DNA of 64,000 bases from Lepidodermella squamata (taxonomy: Eukaryota > Animalia > Gastrotricha), in the NCBI GenBank assembly GCA_047495785.1, contig JBLDXI010000001.1, positions 2,790,001 to 2,854,000 of the forward strand, in the 5' to 3' direction. Under the pieces are notes generated by a model. That model had not been told where the DNA came from, ran no database searches, and saw only the letters and a program-made list of their open reading frames with translations. Both the position numbers and the translations under genes were made by a program. Below, piece after piece: positions 50,201 through 62,762 of this stretch (position 1 is the stretch's first letter; every line of letters starts with the position of its first letter).

Positions 50201-53144
50201 TCGACAACAATGGAATTTGCCCAACATTAACGGTATTCGCCATTACGAGCTGATTTCAATGTTTTAAATGCAATTTTGCAGAGTTAATCGCGAAGCCACT
50301 GCCTCCAACTGACCTGACTGTTATGTCATTGTCGCTGATCGGAGATTCCATTCGGTTGAGTTGGCGAACCCCGAAAAGTGGCACGGCATTTGTTGGTTAC
50401 ATTATTGCCATCAGACTGGAGCAGAGCAATTCAGAACGAGAGGTAGGTTCGAATCCTTCTAATTGGTTGTCAAATTAAACTTATTTAATTACTAGATATC
50501 AGTACCTGCTACTTACACTGCTCTCAATCTAGAAGAGAAGCTGCAACCTTCAAAGACCTACTGGCTAAGGATGTATTCAGTTACTCATCACGGAGTTCGG
50601 AGTAATCCGTCGGTTAGCATAGGATTTAAGACCCCCAACGCGTGGAATGTACCAGGAGTTGCTTCGGACAGCATAGATTCCATCGATACGTGTTGCGCCG
50701 CAGTTTCAGTCAACTGCAAACCTTTTTGTTTGAACTTAACCTTGTACCACAATGCTACCGACTCTACGATGCTTTCGAAATGCCCGTCAGATGTCGTAGC
50801 CATCACACGGTGCAGTATTTTAGCACTTCAAAGCGTTGCAACATCCCTCGGGAAGTCGTCTGATGCAGCTAATATTACGAAGTGCTGTTCAGATGACAAG
50901 TTAAGCGCTAATAATTCGTGCTGTGTACCTGCGACGGCAAAATCTGACCTCAAGTCACCTCTTAGTCAATGCAATTCAGCTAAGGCTATTAAGACCATTC
51001 GTAACTGCGTCTGGGATGCATTGACCGCTCTCGGGCCATCGCCAGTTCGAGACTTGAGAATTTCAAACATTACGGCAAAACGAGCTGTTTTAACATGGCA
51101 AACTCCGCTTTACAACTCTGATAAAGTGGAGAAATATCGAATTAAATGCCTGACCTTGGTGAAGAACAATTCATCCCCGGAGGAGAGCGTTTATTATTAC
51201 GACACTGATTCTGTTGTAGTCGCCGACAGCCTTCAAGAAGTTGACAAATTCGAGGATACAACTGTCAGTGATGAGACCAGATTCATTCTGGACGAAGCTA
51301 GTGGATATCGCTTGAGACCTGGATCCCTCATCCGTTGCTCGGTCGGTGTCGACGGGCTGGCGGAGTCTTCGGATCAAACACTAGAGTTTCAGACCGAGAG
51401 GGAAGATTTCGACATCGAAGTGTCCCTGGACCGTGAAGATATGATCGAAGAGGGAGATACTGCTGTATTTACGTGTAGCACTGATCTGTACTACAAAAAT
51501 TTGACGTGGTGGTGGCGACCATTCGGCAGCCGTCCAGATTCTGAAACGATCATCCAGTCAGTATCTACAAACGCAACTACTTACAAGTTGACTAATGTCA
51601 AATCCGAGTCGGATTCTGGTATATACATTTGCAGAATTTATCCATTATTCGAGCCAACTGTTTACGTTAAGGCCTTCGCAAATCTTTACGTGAGGGCTCA
51701 GCCTAAAGCAGTTAGCAAGTCTGTGAATATATCATGCGACCCAGTTTGCAACAGATTGAATTGCTCATTCACTGGATACCCGTCATCCGTCACCTGGTCT
51801 CGAGTACTAACCTTCAAAAACGGATCTGACAAAATTGAAACTAATTACGCTCGAGAAGTTACAAAAGACTTGGTGTTTGATGGGCAGGTGACTATATCGG
51901 AGTTGGTCCCACTCTCTGTTGAATTCGGCGCCGCTTCGAAGGTAACCTACCGAGCGACAGCTACAAATTTCTTAGGAGCAGATTTTTGTGAGATTAACCT
52001 CTCCAAACCCACCCAGCCTGTTCCTGAAAACTGGCGTGAAGTTCCGTCTCTATGCTCACTCATCGATCAAACCACGTGTTGCTCAATCATCGAACCAGAT
52101 TGTCCCAATTTATGCACTTACGCCCATCGATGTGTTCAAGCCGTGCCCGTTCAGTGCCTTGCTGGTTTTCAACGCTGCGCCAAAGACAAAACTAAATACC
52201 CGAAATTGAAGTTACCGATTCTGACGAATACCTTCAACTTAACGACCTCCCCTGGCCAATCTATTTTCAACAATACTTTTACAACCCACGTAACATTCCA
52301 ATGGCTGAAGAACAGTCAACCTTCATATCCCTTCAAGGTAGAATACCTAATGTCTATAGATTCTGTTGAAGATCCGTTTTCGTCGGTGGTTCGGCCTATC
52401 GATGATAGTAACATCGAACTGCGAGTGCCCGATTCGGTTTACAATTTTACTTTCTATGCTGAGAATGAACTGGGAGAGAAGAGTGAGCACGTTGAGACGA
52501 GGATTGTCAAATCAATTAAACCGATTATTCCTCCGCCGTTCATCCTTGCCCAACGTCACCCGCCGAATAATATTCACGCATTCACTACAGTTCAAATAAT
52601 CTGGCTATGGCCTTTCTGCTTATCCAGCGGTTCCATGGCTTGCATGAGCGGTTTCGTCTTCTTGCGGCCAGTTTCGAACAAGAAGTCTGCAGATGGTTGG
52701 ATGGCAGAGGGTCCTTTTGAGGAATATGATTTCCAAACAATACCCGTCAGAGTTGTAACCGATCTTCATCAGGACAAAACTGTTATGATTATTGTTTGCG
52801 TCGGGGAAACCAAAAAAGATTGCGTGTTTTCGCAACCGATTTTCCTCGATCCACTCTCACCGGAAGTTATAGCAGAAGCGAAACAAAAGTTAGAGGCAGA
52901 AGCTAATTCCTCGTCCTCGTCGTCATCCTCCGTCAGAGTCGGTCTTTCGGTGTTTTTCTCTTTAGTAGCTGTCGTCGCTATCGTAGTTATCGGTTACTTC
53001 TATGGCCGAAGGATAACAACTTTTGTTTCTTCATACTTCAGCCGGCGGTTCGTTTTCTATCAGCGCGCTGGGCGGAGTGAACACGATCGGAATGCCATTA
53101 TATTTGACGATGTCATGAACAACGATGGAGTTGAACTTGATTAA
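47266..53144 (+). CDS. Large type I membrane protein with LDLa x2, Ig, alternating DB (Cys-rich) and FN3 modules (IGDB-like Ig/FN3/DB family)
   Basis: Signal peptide MRDKLLVTLGLFATVAQIVVS; LDLa repeats CDGDADCPNGEDE and CDGDLDCEFGEDE; Ig motifs DAGIYAC and DSGIYIC; DB modules beginning ACC/TCC/SCC with C...C..LC patterns; FN3 repeats (PP..V...I.VSW..P...Y...Y.V.V.A); TM VGLSVFFSLVAVVAIVVIGYFY at ~52935-53005. Confidence 0.85.
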
Positions 53145-53683
53145 TATGAAAGTCACGCCTCTTCTTGCACAACGAATGTATGGCATTCTATTATCCTAGT
53201 TTTGAGAGAAATGAAGCTAAAAATAGTTTGCTTTTCAGAAAAGCGATATGATATTATCTCCTTAAAAATCGATGTTACGCTTTATTTTTCTAAAAAATGT
53301 CAGGCGTGAGTTAATTTTGAAACACAGCGCTTTCTTGAATATTGTCCAGAACAAGTTGGAATAAAAATCGAAAATGTTTGCCTTTGTGAATTTTACACGC
53401 TGGAGCTTGACAGCTGCAGACTTATTAATTTTGAACTTCTTCTCTGTCAAGCTGAGCTTTGTACCTTCTGCTGATATCGGGAACCCGTTGTTCGAATCCA
53501 GGGCAAAGACATGCGCACTTCGAAATTCAATTAGAATGAGGCTAACATGTGATGACAAGGTTAATTCTTTAACATCAAAACTCTTCCCATCGAAAAGTGA
53601 AAAACACGATTGCACCGCGCTGACTTTTTAGTACGGACCTTGTTTCTTGCAAAAAACAAACCCTTGCAACTTTTATCTTGAAC

Positions 53684-56074
53684 ATGCAAGGAATAAACGA
53701 TCTTAGCCCACCTGAGAACCACTTCGCGCAGCAAAATGCTGTGGCAAACTCTGATACGGCCACGCAGCGTAAGCCTAGATGTGGTTGGTGCTGCTGGAGA
53801 CCCCAATTCTTACAATGCGCCTACCGCTGGCAACTTGGACTCGTACTCATGAGCTGTTTCGGACTTCTGAGGGGCTTTGTGGGACACGGGATATCCGGCG
53901 TGAATACATCAACCATCGAACGCCGTTTTCAGTTGACTAGCGTTGAAGCTGGATGGTTTTCGTCTGTTCAAGAGCTCAGCGCCGCAGCTAGCACGATTGT
54001 CTTCTCGTACCTAGCAGACCGCTCCCACAAACCGCGATGGCTTACTCTATCATCATCACTCTTCGCAATAGGCTGTCTAGTGATATCGTTGCCACATTTT
54101 CTAGCCGAGCCGTATGACGGGAATAATCGCGGCAAAGCTAGTCTATGCGGAGCAGCTCGCGCTAACAGCACCGAGGAACATGGATGTGACGGGGTACCTC
54201 TCGCTTCATGGTACAGGTTTCTTTTGGCTGGCAATGCCATCATCGGTGTAGGTAGGTTGGCTTCTAACTTCTAGTCACCTGATAGAAACGTGCGTTTCAT
54301 TCAGGAATTGGATTAATTTTCACGGCCGGTCTGTCTTTTGTCGATGACTTCTCGACAAAAGCATCTTCATCCTCCAACATCGGCATTGTGTTCTTTAGCA
54401 CGGCAGTCGGCGCAGCAGCAGGTTTCGGTGGCGGTTCCAGAATTTTGCAGCTCGATGTAAATTTCAATCGACCAGATTGGCCGCAGTTTGCAGGGAACAA
54501 GGACTTCAACCCTAATTACATCGGAGCTTGGTGGCTCGGTTACTTGATAGGAGCAGCAGGTTTTGCAGCGGTTGCTTTTGGATTCTCATGCTTCGACTAC
54601 GAACTGCCTGAAACTGCCCAGCTGCGTCTACAGAAACCTCCCGAAACCCACAAGAGTGACTTCCAAATTTCTGAGGATTTTTCTAATCTACCTAAATTTG
54701 TGCAATACTTGGTCAAGTACTTGATATCACTTTTCAGGCTAGTCACGAACCCGGTAAGCTTCGAAGCAACGATTTCTCCCATTCGGATAATGTTATCATA
54801 TGTTGCAGGTGTTAATCTTTGTGACAATTTGTGGCATCACTCACAGTTTGATGGCTGATGGAACGACGCCGTTTTTTGTGAAAATCATCAGAACTCAATT
54901 CGTCATAAACGAAGCTAAGGCTGGGCTTGCAGTTGCCGTGGTTATTGTTCTAGCCATCGGAAGTGGTACACTTCTAAGTGGACTCGTTTTAAAAAGAGCC
55001 AATTTGAGTCTGCGTGGACTAATTTCTCTAGTTCTGCTCTTCATTACCCTCGCAACCTTCGCAGGTTTTGGTTATCTGCTGCACTGTCCTCAGGAAAAAA
55101 TCGTAGGAATAACAGTCAAGCAAACTTCTTTCGACTACTTTGACCAGATACCAACGTACGACCCGAAAAACTTGATTCATTCGTGCAACGCTCGATGCGG
55201 ATGCGATGCAGATCATTATCAACCGATCTGCCATCCTAAACTAGGTATTCAGTATTTCTCCCCATGCCATGGGGGTTGCCGGTTGGAGAGTAGTACGGTA
55301 GCCCAGGGCTATAACATTTCCATCTACCTTAACTGCGACTGCTTGATACCTATCTTCTTCAATCAGCAAAATATGACCTCGGCTCAGCAAATAATGTTCA
55401 TGCAGGCGATCTCTCAGCCCCCAGCCCTGTCCCCGAATGCTTCGGCGGCATACTCAGGAAACGACAGTAACATTAACCTCCAACTTCAAGCCGCGGCTAA
55501 GCTCCGCGTTGATTATCGGAAGTTCACAATCGATAACGTGATGGCTAATGGAGCGTGTGACACTTCTTGTCTAACTTTCTACGCTTCAATGGTCCTCGTT
55601 TTTCTCATCCTATTTTGCGGCTACTTCACGGTTGTCCCTCTATCTAACATCGTCATGCGATGCGTTGATGAGCAAGATCGAACTTTTGCTTTGGCTTTCT
55701 ACAACTGCGTGGAGAGATTTGTTGGGTCTATTCCCGGGCCGATAATGGTTGGTGCAATTATAGATCGTGTCTGCCTGCTTCGAGATCCGGACCGCTGCGG
55801 CGATATCGGCGCCTGTGTTTCCTATGATTCCGAAGAACTTGCGCGATGGCTGGTTGGGATATTTGTGGGCCTTCACGTCATTGCAATTATTTGCTACATC
55901 ATCGCGTTGTTCTTGTACAAAGCTCCGAATGGGGAAACTATGATGGATTTTGTTATGAGACGCGGGAAAGCGCCAAATTCGCTGCAGGCTCCGGAAAATT
56001 CTGGCTGTCATGACAATGACAGCGCAACGAGACACGCAGGTGGGAAAGTTGAGCCAATGTCTCAAGGAAATTGA
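53684..56074 (+). CDS. SLCO/OATP organic anion transporter, copy A
   Basis: Introns 54252-54304 and 54754-54808; STIERRFQL, HKPRW, SLPHF, IGAWWLG, Kazal-like CNARCGC...YFSPCHGGC, MRCV...GSIPGP. Confidence 0.93.
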
Positions 56075-56643
56075 ACCATAGAGATGTCTAATTTGTGGTA
56101 TAATCATGAGAATGCTGTAAGAAATCAGCTTATGGTTAGGTCCGATTTTCGAGTTAAACGAAAGCTAGTTTTATTCTGCTGTTTACAGCCATATTTTTTG
56201 GTTGCGTTCTGATCCGTAGTTTTGACATGTATTTTTCCACTTGTTTGTTGAGTGGCGTCCTTCATAGTTATGGCATTCAATTTGTGTTACAATTCATTCA
56301 TTCTCATGTATGCTGAAATGAAAACGGCAAATCCAATTCCTATGTGTGACACCGCACACTATGTCAAATAAAACACACACGCGATTATATGAACAGGAAA
56401 AAACCCGCTACTGAGTATGCAAGCTGGGCCTGGATAGGCGTAATCATAACGCCAGCAAAGAACTCGACTCTTACTGTTTAGCAGGCGCATTTTTTGCTCA
56501 GTTCATGTGAATTATGAAGGCAGTAAATATGCGTAGGCCTTACAAGGAATAGTAATCGAGGGTGATATCTTTTTCTATGCCTAATATTTACTGAATAACT
56601 TTTTAAAAGTCTCTGCTGTTTACAGTAAGATTAACTTGAATTT

Positions 56644-59047
56644 ATGATGGCTAATAGGGAAGGACACGCAAGCTTTCACGTGTCCCCATCCGATACAGCC
56701 TTGGTCGAGACTAAGCCAGGAATCAGTCATCATGTCCCAGATGCACTGGAACGGCAGAGGCCGCCCCGGTGCGGCTGGTGCTGCTGGAGGCCTGATTGTT
56801 TACAGATTGGCTACAAGTGGCAGTTAGGGCTGGCCGTACTGTGCTGCTTCTCCTTTTTAAGGGGGTTCATCATCAACGGAATCTCCCCGGTCAACACATC
56901 CAGCCTTGAACGCCGATTCCAACTTACTAGCGTTGAAATTGGATGGTTCGCCGCAGTTCAAGAGCTAACTGCCGCCACGAGCTCGATACTGTTCGCTTAT
57001 CTAGCCGATCGGGCGCATAAACCAAGATTGCTGATGATTTCAGCTGCTCTTTTTGCAATCGGGTGTTTTATAATGTCGCTGCCTCACTATATTGCTGAGC
57101 CATATGACGGAAACAATCTTGGCGGTTCACAGCTATGTGATGCACCAAGGCTTCAAGGAAACGTCTCCTCTTTGCATTCTAAGAAGCATTTATGCGAAGG
57201 GATGAAGGTATCATCTTGGCTAAATGTCCTTCTAGCAGGAAACGCCATAACTGGATTAGGTAAACTCCTAACCCAAAAAACTGCATGTAATTTGAGTTGC
57301 ATATACTTCTTCAGGGGCTGGAATCATCTTCAATGTCGGAATGGCATTTATCGACGATTTCTCTACAAAAGCGTCATCCTCATTCCACATCGGAATCATG
57401 CTTATGTTTGTGTCTTTTGGTGCCGCATGTGGCTTTGGCGGTGGATCTGGCATGCTGCAACTCGATGTGAACTTCAACCGCCCTGACTGGCCTCAATTCA
57501 AAGGCAGCAAAGACTTCAATCCGAACTTTGTCGGCGCGTGGTGGCTAGGCTACGCAATCGCATCAGGTTGCTTCGCGGCAATCGCGTTCGGTTTCTCGTG
57601 CTTCGATTACGAAATGCCTGAAACTGCACAGCTACGTCTGCAAAAAACCGCTGAGACTCACAAATCAACGATTAAGTTTGCTGAGGACATTTCAGACAAA
57701 CCGAAGATTTTTCAGATTCTGCTTAATTTCCTAAAATCAGTGGTAAGGCTCGTCACGAATCCTGTTCTGATTTGCATGACCATTGCTGCAGTAACTCATG
57801 GCTTGATGGCCGATGGGTTAGCTCCGTTCCTCGTAAAGATCCTACGAACTCAATACGTCATTAATGAAGCTAAAGCTGGTCTTGCGATGGCTGTTTTGAT
57901 CTGCTTGTCTATTGCAAGTGCGTCATTTCTCAGTGGTTTCATCATTAAAAGAGCTCAGTTCACCCTGCGAGGATTGATATTGCTGGTCCTTACCATGTTC
58001 GTCATCGCACTTTGCCTGGGCTTCGGGTTCTTCATTCATTGCCCCCTCGAAAAGATAACTGGTGTGACGGCAAATTATGGCAAATTCGATTACTACGACC
58101 CCACCCCACAATTCGACAAGAAAAACCTAAAAGCGACATGTAATGCCCGTTGTGGCTGTAATGATGACGCCTACCACCCTGTGTGCCATCCATTTTTGGG
58201 TCTCCAGTTCTTTTCCCCATGCCACGGTGGTTGCAAGATGGAAACAAGCGTTTTAGTCCAGGGGAGGAACATCTCAATTTACGCTAATTGCGACTGCTTG
58301 GTTCCGCTGTTTTTCGAACGGCAGAATTTAACTTCAGACCAACAAACCATGTTCATGCAGGCTCTGGCTCAACAAGCGTCGCCTAATAACGCAAACGCTT
58401 CTCGCCCAATGCCTGGAATGATCCCTCCTAATATGTTGCAACAAATGCAAGCGATGGCGAGAATGAGAGAGGCGTATATGAACTTCTCGAAGGAAAACAT
58501 CTTGGCAACAGGTTCTTGTGATACGTCCTGTCCCGGTTTTTACGGCGCGATGGTAATCATATTCTTCATCCTCTTCTGCGGCTACTTTTGCATGGTCCCC
58601 ATTGCTAACATCGTTATGCGATGTGTAGAGGAACAAGATAAAACTTTCGCACTGGCCTTTTACCACGCGATTGAGCGATTTCTAGGCTCAATACCTGGGC
58701 CAATTATGGTTGGTGGTATCGTCGATCGGGTTTGCTTGATCCGTGAGCCAGATGGCTGTGGCAATGAAGGCGCGTGTTCCGCGCATAACTCGTCTGAATT
58801 ATCACGCTGGTTGGTTGGAGTTTTTGTTGGTCTTCATGCTGTGGCAATAACATGCTACATTCTCGCATTCTGTCTTTACAAAAATCCGAATGGTGAAACG
58901 ATAAGAGATTTCTTCAAACGCGGCAAAAAGCCTATGCGTAAAGTTGACTCTCAGGACTCTGAAACCTATGACAATCCGGCTTATCATTCGGTTAATGATG
59001 CCAGCTCTTCCTCAGTCTCTGAAACTGATCCAAGTTCAAAGCGATGA
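56644..59047 (+). CDS. SLCO/OATP organic anion transporter, copy B
   Basis: Single coding intron 57260-57314; same motifs as copy A (SSLERRFQL, VGAWWLG, FSPCHGGC, ERFLGSIPGP); closest paralog of copy A. Confidence 0.93.
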
Positions 59048-59486
59048 GCTTCCCATAATTTTATTGAAATATTCATTTTTTGAGTAAAAATTGTTCAACC
59101 TGAAAGACACGGCTGCTTTCAGCTGTACAAATATTTACCGGGTACAAAAAAACGAAAGCACGAGTGTCAACAATGAACCGTAATCAGAGTAACACTACTT
59201 CTTCTAGAGCGTGATACACAATGGCCGCGCTGCATAGTACACGCATTGAGTTGATTGAAGGAAAATGTAATGCCTACTATGGCTTGAGGCTTGACTATAC
59301 GCTTAGGCGAAGGCGTAAAGAAGTATGGGAGATGTGCATTAATATAAAAGGAAGGAAAAGGAATTGTGCATATTCGCAGTTTTCAAGAGATAGTCACTGA
59401 TACCCTCAGGATCATTCCATCTCAGCTCGACAGATTGAGCGTGGGATCTTCCTTAGAAAAGTCATAATCTTCTGAAATCAACTGCA

Positions 59487-61795
59487 ATGGTACAAAATGT
59501 TCCTGCATCAAGAAATATTGATTCAGAAGATGCGGATGTGAAATGTGGACTGTTCGGATGGCGGCCATCGTGGCTTCAATCCATCTACAACTGGAAACTT
59601 GGTTTGGCTATGATGTGCTGGTTTTCTTTCGTCTACGGTAAGCCTCTTGTTTTCTTTGCAGCTGATCTTGAACGTCTCCATTGCAGGTATGCAAGTCAAT
59701 GGTCTAAACTCTGTCAATACAACAAGCCTTGAGCGCCGATTTGGAATCGACAGTGGCCAAATTGGCTGGTTCACCGCCGCCAATAAGTTCTCGCAATCTG
59801 CAACGACAATCATTACATCGTATTGGGCTGACGCCTCTGCCTCGAAGCCACGAGTGATTGCTTTTGCCGGTCTCTGTTACACAATTGGCTCGTTACTCCT
59901 TGCCCTGCCCCATTTTATCCTTTCACCTTATGGCTTCACTCAAGGAGAAGTTCCAGCGATGTGCTGGACAGACTATGATTATTTGACATCCCTTTTTGGA
60001 GACCTGACACAGTATGCGAATGCTAGTTCGTCGGCGAAAGCTTCTTGTAGCAACCCAACAGCGTCTTACTTCGGGATTATGATTGCCGGAAATGTGATCT
60101 CAGGCATCGGAGGCGGTATTATTTTCACTGTAGGCATGGCTTTTGTAGACGACGTATCTACAAGGGCTGCTTCAGGTTTCAACATTGGTTTGGTCTATCT
60201 TGCTAACGCGCTCGGAGCCGCTGTAGGAATGGGTGCCGGGAGTCTGTTTCTCGGAATTGATACCAATGTCAACTACGCTTGGGTTGCTAAGCAGTCCGGT
60301 AGTGACCCAGCATTCCTCGGAGCATGGTGGTTGGGCTACACCATTACCATGTGCTTATTCGCAACTGTAACCATCGGCTTTTTCATGTTCGACCGAGAGA
60401 TGCCGGAAACAGCGAGGCTTCGAGCGGAGAAACTCGCTCACAGCGAAACTCACGCCTCCAAAATTAAGGTCGAAGCCCTCGAAAATCGTGACGATAGCCA
60501 AAACAAAGTAATCAGAGCTACCAAAAAGTTTTTCGCCGACATGTTGAAAATCTTATCGAACCCTGTTGTCATCTTCTTAACAATCACTTCATTCACCCAA
60601 GCTTTGATTACCGATGGCATTCCGCCGTTTTTCACCAAATTACTGCGGACTCAGTACGGCATTAGTGAGATGAATGCCGGTCTAGCGATTGCTGTCCTAA
60701 TTGTTGTCGGCATTGCCTCTGGAAGTTTGATTAGCGGTTACGTCTTAAGGCGGTTCGACATGTCCGTTCGAAGCATGATCCTGATGAGTATAGTTTTCAG
60801 TGCTTTAGCCATGATTCTCGGCTTGCCTCAACAGCTGATCTGTGAGCCGGAAAAAATGGTTGGGGTAACTTACAACTACTCATCTCGAACTTACTATCCA
60901 ACAGGTCGGAAATTTAACAGGTAAGGTCAAATTAAACACCCGAATTCGCAACTGACGCTGTTTATTTAGGGAGGATTTGTTGTCACCTTGTAACGGCGAA
61001 TGCGATTGCAAATCGGAAAATTTTGAACCAGTTTGTTACCCGGCAGATGGAATCGAGTTTTATTCACCCTGCCACGCCGGTTGTCAGCGATTCGGTCAAA
61101 TCGCTGGTAAAAATGAAACGGACTACCTGTCCTACAATCACTGCCCCTGTCTATCTCTTGGGGGAAATTCTTCGGCTTCGTTCTCAAAAAATGCGACTTT
61201 GAAGTACGGTTTTTGCGAGAATGAGCCGTGCTTCTACTTGTACATCGCAATGGTAGCGTTATTTTTCGAATTATTCTGCGGATTTTTCATCGCTGTACCC
61301 ATGACTGAAGTCCTAATGCGAACTGTGCCGTTTGAAGAGCGGTCATTTTGCCTGGCCTTCAACCAGGCTGTAACAGGTTTTCTCGGCTCGATTCCAGGTC
61401 CTGTTCTCGTCGGCACTATTTTCGATTTAACGTGCTTGGTGCGGCAAAGCTCGCAATGTGGCGAAGGGGCCTGTGCTATTTACGACTCGGAAACGCTCTC
61501 CAACTTACTGACGCTGATCATCTGCATAGATGGCCTGATTTTGATGGTCTGTTTCATACTGGCTTTCGTTCTCTACAAACCGCCGAACGGCGAGACGGTT
61601 CGCGAATATTTCCGGTTTTTATTTGCCTGGTGGCGAGCTTCGTTGAGTTGCCATCGCAGCAAATCCGAGAGATTCAGCTCGAAAAATTCTGATCTATCAA
61701 CGGTATCGTCTGGTAGCCAAATTATGACCCCGGTTTCGACAATATCCACTAATTTTGAAGATTTGGACAGTCAAGAACCTACGAAGTCGTTTTAA
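59487..61795 (+). CDS. SLCO/OATP organic anion transporter, copy C
   Basis: Introns 59638-59686 and 60921-60969; TSLERRFGI, ALPHF, LGAWWLG, CNGECDC...FYSPCHAGC, GSIPGP. Confidence 0.92.
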
Positions 61796-61810
61796 TCTCC
61801 CGATTTTTTT

Positions 61811-62111
61811 TAGGGTCTTACTTTTCCCGGAACCAAAATTGCCTGTTGCGGAACCAAATTTTTAGTTATTAATTCGTCCAATTTTCCAAAGTTTCTGAAA
61901 TTTCCCGATTAATTTGAAAAAATCCGAATTAATGGCCATAAAAATCCCGTGATTTCGAGTGCAAAGACTGGCAATCACTTTACGAACAACACATGATCAT
62001 GAGTAAACAAATTATTGGAAAAATGGCACTTTTTGATCATTTGCGTTTGGTGCCAACTATTGAAATTTGGTTCCGCTACAGCCAATTTTGGTTCCGCCAA
62101 AAGATATTCTG
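61811..62111. mobile_element. MITE-like element with subterminal inverted repeats
   Basis: cggaaccaaaattgcctgttgcggaaccaaatt (61828-61860) matches the reverse complement of 62064-62096 at 31 of 33 positions; ends are TAGGGT... and ...ATTCTG. Confidence 0.7.
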
Positions 62112-62762
62112 TTTTTTACACATTTTCTTGAATAAATATGTTGAGGCCGAAAAATATTCTTTTAGTAGGAAAAACGATATCGTCCCGGATTATTTTCGCC
62201 TGGACAGAGAAAAATGGGATGCCGAATAAAAAATTATTCCGCTTTCATTATTATTATTATCGGCCGCCTCCAAATGAGCTGCCCATCGGCATTTTGCCAA
62301 TACTTAGATTACCATGACATGCGTATCAATTTTCGGCGACACAAGAGGCGCGTCCAATTACGCCGCTTCGGGTGCAATTTTCCGCGCGAATCGCCAATAT
62401 ATGAGGAGAAAAAGTGCGCGTACTGAAAAAACAAGGCACTCTAATGAGTTTGTTCTTGTTCTGAGTTTTTTATTTCATTTTTTTCTGAACATAGCCGATT
62501 TTTTTCTTCAAACGACAAAATCTCAGGAAATATAATATATTTATAATTATATCAAAAACGCGATGAAATAAATCCTCATAAAACGACCGTGGATTATATA
62601 GAGAATAAACAAGATAGTAAATGATAGCCTCTCATTTTCGATGATGATGGTCACGTGAGATATTACGAAAAATTTGAACCTAAAAATTTTGTTTTTTTTT
62701 CAAAGGGCTTGATCGTGGTTTAGTAACAAAATGCACGTTGTGTTTGTTAGTTGTTGTGATTC

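Noticed and set aside
50443-50460. GGTTCGAATCC tRNA T-loop/B-box-like motif
   Set aside because: It sits at an intron donor directly after coding sequence; no cloverleaf can be formed.
53262-53615. 117-aa antisense ORF between the IGDB-like gene and SLCO-A
   Set aside because: No ATG start or recognisable domain; on the + strand the region looks like a 5'UTR intron (gtgagt at 53306 to tttttag at 53631).
59310-59335. GTAAAGAAGTATGG match to the 3' part of miR-1
   Set aside because: The seed (GGAATGT) is absent and there is no complementary star arm.
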